In this document: positions 57,873-64,000 of the stretch, in pieces
Layout of the letters: every line of letters starts with the position of its first letter
Position numbering within the stretch: the first letter of the stretch is position 1
DNA from: Bacteroidaceae bacterium
GTDB taxonomy: Bacteria > Bacteroidota > Bacteroidia > Bacteroidales > Bacteroidaceae
Reading direction: 5' to 3'
Assembly (NCBI GenBank): GCA_900769465.1
Contig: CAAGGT010000154.1
Coordinates: forward strand, 12,144-76,143
Length of the DNA: 64,000 nt
Made by a program: the position numbers and the translations under genes
Notes under the pieces: model-generated
What the model was told of the DNA's origin: nothing
Databases searched by the model: none
The model's input: only the letters and a program-made list of their open reading frames with translations

Positions 57873-59006
57873 TCAGAACAATTCCTCGAATTTCTTGAGG
57901 ACCTCTTCAACTGTCGACATACGTGCAATGACCGTCCCCTTCTTGTTCACAAGCACTGCAGCCGGCAATGTCGCTACTCCATACGCTGCCGCAACCTCGG
58001 CGCTACCGCCCGAAGGATTGCAAAGCTGAAGCCAACTGATGGACAACTCATCAGCAAGAGCCTTGCAGACGTCGACATCACTATCGAGCGACACCCCCAC
58101 AACCTGCAACCCGCTTGCTTTGTATCTGCCATATGCCGAAGAAAGCACGGCAAGCTGTTCCTTTATACCCTCTTGCCACCCGGCCCAAAAGAGTACAAGA
58201 GTGTATCTGTCTGCAAACACGACATCAGAGAGCAACACCTTGCCGCCGCGCACATTGTCAAGCTCAAAATTCTGGAACTTTTTGCCAACTGATGTTGCCT
58301 CCATCCCTTTCTCGACCTCTTGAAGATACCTGGCTGCCATTGCTGCATCACTTGCTTCGGCCTCGACTCTCTTTTTTACGGCATCATACAACTTGCCCCT
58401 GTGTTCTACCGGCACTTTATCAAAGAACGGCAACAATTTCGCCGAAGGGACTATGCCTACCGACTGCAACAGAAAAAAGCAACCCAACGGTTCAGTGATG
58501 TTGGCCCTTATTTCATTCAAGGCATACATATCGAACACCTCGTTGGCAAACTGCACGACAGACCTGACACTGTCACGCATAGACTCTTCGACAGCCAGCA
58601 TATCAAGCGACTCTGGCTCGCACATCCTGCGCAGGTTCACAATCTTATCCTTTTCAACCATAAAGCGGTTCAGGCAATCATTGGCAGGCGTTCCACCGAC
58701 AAATGTCTCGCCTGTGAAATCGACATCGACCTCACCAGGCTCCAACACCACAAAATTACCATCTATGACCTGCTGCGATGAGATGAAACATACCGGACGA
58801 AGGGTATCGGAAAGTACAAGGCTGAACTTGCCGTTCCTGACAATAGCCGAGTCAATTGGGGACAATATGTCATCGACCGGTGTCACATAAAGAACCATAC
58901 CGTCGGGGGCCGAATAGTAACGACCATTTATCGTACAAGCATTCTCGTCCTTGGAACAAGAAAGGAAAAGAGACGACAACAGCAGAAGATGGAATAACTT
59001 TTTCAT
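57873..59006 (-). CDS. TlpA/thioredoxin-fold lipoprotein lacking the CXXC active site (DUF4369-like N-terminal domain)
   Basis: 377 aa. Lipobox LFLSC followed by SKDEN. The C-terminal thioredoxin-like domain has FWAGWQEGIKEQ where TlpA-like proteins have FWASWCGPCRKE. Confidence 0.8.
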   Translation of the reverse strand: MKKLFHLLLLSSLFLSCSKDENACTINGRYYSAPDGMVLYVTPVDDILSPIDSAIVRNGKFSLVLSDTLRPVCFISSQQVIDGNFVVLEPGEVDVDFTGETFVGGTPANDCLNRFMVEKDKIVNLRRMCEPESLDMLAVEESMRDSVRSVVQFANEVFDMYALNEIRANITEPLGCFFLLQSVGIVPSAKLLPFFDKVPVEHRGKLYDAVKKRVEAEASDAAMAARYLQEVEKGMEATSVGKKFQNFELDNVRGGKVLLSDVVFADRYTLVLFWAGWQEGIKEQLAVLSSAYGRYKASGLQVVGVSLDSDVDVCKALADELSISWLQLCNPSGGSAEVAAAYGVATLPAAVLVNKKGTVIARMSTVEEVLKKFEELF

Positions 59007-59048
59007 TTCAAAAGGGAACGGTTATATTGGTGATGTTTTGAGAATGTT

Positions 59049-59531
59049 TCAGTTTTCCGAATCGAACCAACCGATTATTTCGGCAGGAATCTCGTTGCAA
59101 CGGACATATTTGCAAACATCACCGTTCTCGGTATCCGCAGTAAGCACCATTGACTCCTCAAACAAATTTGTCACAATATAGGAGTAGTTCCAGTCACCTG
59201 TACCGTAATCGTACTTTCCATCAAGGATATATCCCTTATATTCGTCTTTGGTGATGGAGAATCCACCCGTAAGACGGCGGGGATACATACTGTCAAATTT
59301 CTGATACATTGTAAACGTCCTCTCCCTGCGCACAAACTCAATGTAGCAGTAGAGCCCGTCGGGAAGCGGCTCACCGTTTACCTCTGCAAGTGTCCAGATA
59401 CCCGAGATGTTGTTTGGAGTAACCTCAAGCGGTTGCAGAGCATCATCTTCGTCCGGAGAACAAGCAACAACACCCGAAAGGACAAACATCAATGCCATTG
59501 TCTTCAAGAATGTCTTCATAAATATCTTCAT
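59049..59531 (-). CDS. lipocalin-like small lipoprotein
   Basis: 160 aa. Lipobox VVAC followed by SPDEDD. The GIWTLAEVNG start of the beta-barrel-like domain is typical of Bacteroidales lipocalin-like proteins. ATGA overlap with the upstream gene. Confidence 0.6.
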   Translation of the reverse strand: MKIFMKTFLKTMALMFVLSGVVACSPDEDDALQPLEVTPNNISGIWTLAEVNGEPLPDGLYCYIEFVRRERTFTMYQKFDSMYPRRLTGGFSITKDEYKGYILDGKYDYGTGDWNYSYIVTNLFEESMVLTADTENGDVCKYVRCNEIPAEIIGWFDSEN

Positions 59532-60322
59532 TTTTCTAATTTCACTTTTATAGTCCTGTCCGATATGCGGCCTCCAATGCCGTCTACAAGCACATTGAAG
59601 TGCTGTGGCGCATTATCGGGCAACATATCGCCGTTTATAACAATTACAATATCCCCTTCCTCACCTGGAGCAATCTCGCGCGGTTCTGTGAAAAGGGTGG
59701 CAAAAGAGGGCAACAGCCGCGACGTGAGGGAAAGCGGCACTGTTCCCACGTTGGCACAAGGTATGCGCTGTTGGGGAGACGTCCCGGCCTTCACGGGCTC
59801 AAAAACAATCTCTTTCCGTTTCAGTTTTAGCATCCCCATACTGCAGGGCAGATGGTTCCATTCATCCTTGTCGACAACATTCCCCAAAAGAGTGAGCTTT
59901 GCCACCGGCTCCTTGTCAGAAAAGGAGGTATAGACAAACGTGTTGGTGTCTACAGTTCCCGCACGGCGGCGAGGATTGAACCTCACCCTTACCACTCCCC
60001 GTTCTCCGGGAGCAAGCACGCTGTCGGCAATCTCAGTCACCGTACAGCCGCAATTGGTGGTTGTCCTTGTAATGTGGACCGGCCTGCCGCTTACATTGAC
60101 AAAAGGATAATCCACCGACAGGGGTGAATCGCTCTCATACATCACGCCAAAATCGCACAGCAGAGTCTCAAAACGCAAGACTGTGGCACCGCTTGCCATA
60201 ACCTGTGGGGACATGAGCGAATCCAACGCCTCGCGCGACATCAGCCTGTTCTCCTGTGCCTGCACGAGAGTGTTCCCTGCAAGCGACAGTACAAACATGA
60301 GAGCTATGATTACACGCTTCAT
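59528..60322 (-). CDS. DUF1573 domain-containing secreted protein (two Ig-like domains)
   Basis: 264 aa. Signal peptide MKRVIIALMFVLSLAGNTLVQAQ. FDFG-like motif (LCDFGVM) and NCGCTV, characteristic of DUF1573. Confidence 0.75.
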   Translation of the reverse strand: MKRVIIALMFVLSLAGNTLVQAQENRLMSREALDSLMSPQVMASGATVLRFETLLCDFGVMYESDSPLSVDYPFVNVSGRPVHITRTTTNCGCTVTEIADSVLAPGERGVVRVRFNPRRRAGTVDTNTFVYTSFSDKEPVAKLTLLGNVVDKDEWNHLPCSMGMLKLKRKEIVFEPVKAGTSPQQRIPCANVGTVPLSLTSRLLPSFATLFTEPREIAPGEEGDIVIVINGDMLPDNAPQHFNVLVDGIGGRISDRTIKVKLEK

Positions 60323-60338
60323 AGACCGCCTTTATATA

Positions 60339-62363
60339 TTACATCCAACCGTTGCTGTTGGCACCGTCACGCACGGTCACCACAATGCGGTGTACACTAT
60401 CACCAACAGTCACATCTATTGTAGTGAATCCCTCGGCAACTCCACCGACCGTCAACAGACAACCTCTTACACTTGCTACTGCGATACCACTATCGGCAGA
60501 CACCGCGCTATATGTAAGGTTCTCGCCATCGACAAAGAAACGCGCAAGGTCAATCTCTTTTGTCTCACCCGGAGCAAGGTATATGTTGGGCAGTTTCATA
60601 TCGCTTCCGGCACCACCTACAGCCCTCAACAGAGCCGCAGCATTTACCAGACGGCCCATCTTGCCCACATATCTCGACATATCGGTCTTTGTTGCAGCCG
60701 AACCCGGCGATGAGTGGTTGTAATAGGACATCTTGTCACCTGTGAAATATCTGTCAATGCCGGTAGCAGTGCTGTACACCAGGTCAACAAACTCCTCGGC
60801 GCGGAAATGACGGCGCTGCTCGACAGCATAAGAGAGGCCCAAAGCAATGACGCCCGAGACGTGAGGACAAGCCATTGATGTTCCCTCGTAGAAACCGTAT
60901 GTGGGACGTCCCTCAACAACCAATGTAGAGTATATCATACCATCATTATCGTAACTGCTGCCGGGAGTGCCATAGTAGTCACCGTCACCACCCGGAGCTG
61001 AAAGGTCTACCTCAACACCGAAGTTGGTGTAGGTCGCAGGTGTATAATCGGCAGCGACAGCACTCACCGAGATACATTTTGAATATGCACCGGGATATGC
61101 CGACATTCCGGCAAACTCGTTACCCGATGCAAAGACCACAATACCACCATCTATAACACCATTGGGTGAACCTGCGTTGTTGATAAAATAATCGATAGCC
61201 TCTTTTTCAAGCGGATAGAGAGTCTCCCACTCCTTCTCTGATGCCGGCCCCGGGGTGTATCCCTGCATTATGTTCGAATAGGCCGAATTGTAACCCCAAC
61301 TGCACTGCATTATTACAGCACCGTTGTCAGCAGCATATTTGAAAGCCTTTGCCTCCATTGCAACAGTCGAAGCATAGGCATCGTCAAAAATCTGAAGCGA
61401 CATGATTCTTACACCGCTCTTACCGGCTTCGGCATCTCCGCCAGCAATACCGGAGACACCTATGCCGTTATTGTTAACCGCGGCAATGGTTCCGGCAACG
61501 TGAGTACCGTGGCCGGTGTCGTTGGTGGATGTAGTGGATATATATCCCCTGTCGGACGCAAAGTTGTAACCGTAACGGTCGCCTTTGTATCCGTTGCCGT
61601 CATTGTCCTCGCTCGACGCATACTCCTCGTCCTCGTTTACCCAGATGTTTGCCCTGAGGTCGGGGTGTTCCCAATGTACACCCTCGTCCATAACACCCAC
61701 TATAATTGAGCTGTCACCGGTACATAGCGCCCAGGCCTCCTCGCAACCGACATCGCAACCGGCAATGGCCTTAGCCCAAGGCTGCTCAAAACCATAACCA
61801 CCCTTGTTTATATACCCCCACTGCAATGGGAGTTCGGGATCGTTGAAGAACTGGTTTGCAGCAGAGCGTGTGGCACCCGATACAAGGCTTTCCTTCGCCA
61901 CTCTGTTGTCAATGCGGTATATTCTCCTGTTACATTGCACCTTTGATATCTCACCTAGCTTGGCAAGCTCGTTTATGGCAACGGCAAGGTCCACATCCTT
62001 GTCGAAACAGACCTTGTACCACAAATGCAGTCCGGCCTCGCGTGTACGCTCCTCGTTGCGCGGGTCAACAGGGAACACTCGCTCAAAACTGTATGCACCC
62101 AGGATAGCAAGAACCTCGTCGGTCGATGGGATTCCACTGCGTGTAGACACGCCCGGAGCTACTGCGCGGGTTACAAAATAGTTGTCCAGGATTCCTGTCA
62201 TCTCGGGCGAGAACTTTATCAGCAATTCACCGTCTATGGCATCCACAGTCAATGACAGAGAGGGATCCGGCTGTTCAGGCATATCGTTCACAACATCACT
62301 CTCGTTACATGACGAGAAGGAGAAGGCCATCAGTGCCAAGTATATAAATAGTCTTGTTTTCAT
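60339..62363 (-). CDS. S8-family subtilisin-like serine peptidase lipoprotein with I9-like propeptide and C-terminal Ig-like domain
   Basis: ATG at 62363 (MKTRLFIYLALMAFSFSSC, a lipobox followed by NESD); the track uses GTG at 62369. Catalytic motifs VGVMDEGV (Asp), HGTHVAGTIAA (His), SGNE (Asn) and GTSMACPHVSG (Ser). Confidence 0.9.
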   Translation of the reverse strand: MKTRLFIYLALMAFSFSSCNESDVVNDMPEQPDPSLSLTVDAIDGELLIKFSPEMTGILDNYFVTRAVAPGVSTRSGIPSTDEVLAILGAYSFERVFPVDPRNEERTREAGLHLWYKVCFDKDVDLAVAINELAKLGEISKVQCNRRIYRIDNRVAKESLVSGATRSAANQFFNDPELPLQWGYINKGGYGFEQPWAKAIAGCDVGCEEAWALCTGDSSIIVGVMDEGVHWEHPDLRANIWVNEDEEYASSEDNDGNGYKGDRYGYNFASDRGYISTTSTNDTGHGTHVAGTIAAVNNNGIGVSGIAGGDAEAGKSGVRIMSLQIFDDAYASTVAMEAKAFKYAADNGAVIMQCSWGYNSAYSNIMQGYTPGPASEKEWETLYPLEKEAIDYFINNAGSPNGVIDGGIVVFASGNEFAGMSAYPGAYSKCISVSAVAADYTPATYTNFGVEVDLSAPGGDGDYYGTPGSSYDNDGMIYSTLVVEGRPTYGFYEGTSMACPHVSGVIALGLSYAVEQRRHFRAEEFVDLVYSTATGIDRYFTGDKMSYYNHSSPGSAATKTDMSRYVGKMGRLVNAAALLRAVGGAGSDMKLPNIYLAPGETKEIDLARFFVDGENLTYSAVSADSGIAVASVRGCLLTVGGVAEGFTTIDVTVGDSVHRIVVTVRDGANSNGWM

Positions 62364-62365
62364 AA

Positions 62366-64000
62366 TCACTCCTCTGTTAACTCATCTTTAAGTTCATATT
62401 TTTCCCTGGTACCGGGGAATACATCATAGTAGTAGTCGAATGTATTGGGTTCATTGTCAAAACGTACAGCCTCTCCTGCCGAGTTCAAACCCTTCTCCTG
62501 CTGGTTGAAGATGAGCAGATCGGGTGCCCAATCAAGGAAATGGGGGTGATAGAGCAACCAGTTGGGCAGATTACCTGTCAGGAAGTTCAGGTTAAGACGT
62601 AGCATTGTACAGTTGGGCAGAATCTTTGGGATTGCATTGTCAGCAAGATACTGGATTGTATCGCCACCCCAAGCATCCACATCCTTCTGGGTATATGCGA
62701 CAACACCCTCACTGCCAACAGTGAAATCGGGCAGTTCACCCTCGATATAACAGTTTGAAAAAGCCAATTCCTCAAGATTCTCCCACAGGAAGAGACGACG
62801 GAAAACATTGTCGATGCTTGCATTTATGTACAGACCGATGCCATCCTCATACTCACCTTTGCGGCGCAAATCGGTTGTATTCCAACGGCGTGATGCCACA
62901 AAACTCAAAGATTTCAGTTCGGGGAAGTTCTCGGGTGTGAGAATTGAAGGTATCTCGGTAAAATTGTTTGCACTCAAGTCAAGAGCTACAAGCGAGTTGC
63001 CAAGTTTCACAAAGTCATCGGGCAACGACACGATGCCATATGAGAAGAGTGTAAGATACTTCAAGTACTCAAGTTCGCAGATTTCACTGCCCAACTCAAT
63101 GTTAAGGAGCATTGTGTTCACATTACTTGATATATCCAATGACTCAAGATACTTCAAATGGCGAATCTCGGCCGGGATAGTCTCCTTTGTGTTCAAGAAG
63201 CTGTATTGTACCGCGCGCACACGGCCAACGGCAGCCTGCGGAACTTCACCGCTGACAATTTCCTTGTCACTCGCTTCCCACAGTCTCACACCATTCCAAT
63301 GCTGCATATTCTCACTAGTATCCCAAGCATCGTTCCAACAGTTCATGCGCTCATATATCATCACAAGCGCAATTGAATCGCCGGCACGGTTATCCTCAAT
63401 CTTCAAAGCGGGTTTCTGATATACCGATATCACTGCCGGTTCAACCTGTCCGGCAGCATCACCCTCGGGGATGAGTCTGATTTCGGCCATACGCTCCTGG
63501 GGCGCGGTATTCATCTTCCAATCAAAACGCAATTTGGCGTTACGTGGACGTGCGCCTTTGTCTAATTCAATTTTAACATCCTCCGCAGTGAGCCACTCCT
63601 GCTCGGCGCCAAGATGGTCAACTTCGACCGAGAATTCCACATTTGTTGTGACATTTGTCTCAAAGAAACGCTCCTCCATCTTTGCCGATGCCTCAACCCA
63701 AATCTCACAGGTATCGGGGAGTATTATCTTGCCATAGCCCATCTGTTTAACGGTCACAGCCATGACCGGCGTTGCTACAGGTGCAAAGCGCACAGATGCC
63801 GTACGCACATCACTCACAAGCGAAGAATCCACAACAACACGGCAGGCCGCATTTCCAGTTCCGCTCGCAGGCGACACCGACAGCCACGGTTCCGATACAG
63901 CCACAGTCCAACTGTCGTTGCTCTCAACAAGCACGACATCGGTACCACCCTCGGCTCCCAATGTTATCTCACTCTTGTCCAACAAAAAATAGGGCTCTTT
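62366..64000 (-). CDS. BACON-domain plus leucine-rich-repeat protein, N-terminus outside the window
   Basis: The ORF is still open at base 64000 (my translation of the last codons gives KEPYFLLDKSEITLG...). BACON-like unit (SNDSWTVAVSEPWLSVSPASGTGNAACRVVV). LRR units (LKYLESLDISSN, LVALDLSANNFTEIP, LRLNLNFLTGNLP). Confidence 0.8.
   Translation of the reverse strand, partial: KEPYFLLDKSEITLGAEGGTDVVLVESNDSWTVAVSEPWLSVSPASGTGNAACRVVVDSSLVSDVRTASVRFAPVATPVMAVTVKQMGYGKIILPDTCEIWVEASAKMEERFFETNVTTNVEFSVEVDHLGAEQEWLTAEDVKIELDKGARPRNAKLRFDWKMNTAPQERMAEIRLIPEGDAAGQVEPAVISVYQKPALKIEDNRAGDSIALVMIYERMNCWNDAWDTSENMQHWNGVRLWEASDKEIVSGEVPQAAVGRVRAVQYSFLNTKETIPAEIRHLKYLESLDISSNVNTMLLNIELGSEICELEYLKYLTLFSYGIVSLPDDFVKLGNSLVALDLSANNFTEIPSILTPENFPELKSLSFVASRRWNTTDLRRKGEYEDGIGLYINASIDNVFRRLFLWENLEELAFSNCYIEGELPDFTVGSEGVVAYTQKDVDAWGGDTIQYLADNAIPKILPNCTMLRLNLNFLTGNLPNWLLYHPHFLDWAPDLLIFNQQEKGLNSAGEAVRFDNEPNTFDYYYDVFPGTREKYELKDELTEE

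Overview
This window reads as a chromosomal segment of a Bacteroidota (Bacteroidales-like) genome. Three things support that: the Bacteroidota gene order of the division/cell-wall (dcw) cluster (mraZ-rsmH-ftsL-ftsI-murE-mraY-murD-ftsW-murG-murC-ftsQ-ftsA-ftsZ, without murF or ddl), TTTG-N19-TAnnTTTG type promoters, and phylum-typical families (DUF4835/PorD, BACON, DUF1573, a T9SS C-terminal domain, Sel1, long-insertion Rho). I support about 58 protein-coding genes and 2 tRNAs (Glu-UUC, Cys-GCA). I saw no rRNA, CRISPR array, transposase, integrase or phage genes. Most of the window is housekeeping: an HME-RND metal efflux pair, an ABC exporter, mfd, pepC-like, nhaA, the dcw cluster at 20.4-35.8 kb, recO, rpsT, gyrB, tilS, rlmB, recN, coaBC, dnaQ-like, dnaN and rho. 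Gene starts were re-picked by hand where the ORF track used upstream or alternative start codons. The less ordinary parts are: (1) a radical SAM/SPASM enzyme translationally coupled to a 68-aa acidic Cys/Tyr-rich lipoprotein (54.3-55.6 kb); (2) a five-gene predicted cell-surface operon, BACON/LRR - S8 subtilase - DUF1573 - lipocalin-like lipoprotein - TlpA-like protein that has lost its CXXC (57.9-64.0 kb); (3) CoaBC and the DUF4835/PorD-like protein joined in one frame with no stop codon; (4) a secreted TPR protein with an apparently dead trypsin-fold domain, followed 5 nt downstream by a 13-repeat Sel1 protein; (5) a GTGGGGAATT direct-repeat candidate MraZ operator; (6) a signal-less orphan ORF between rpsT and gyrB. 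All family assignments come from motif and pattern recognition by eye. No database search was run.
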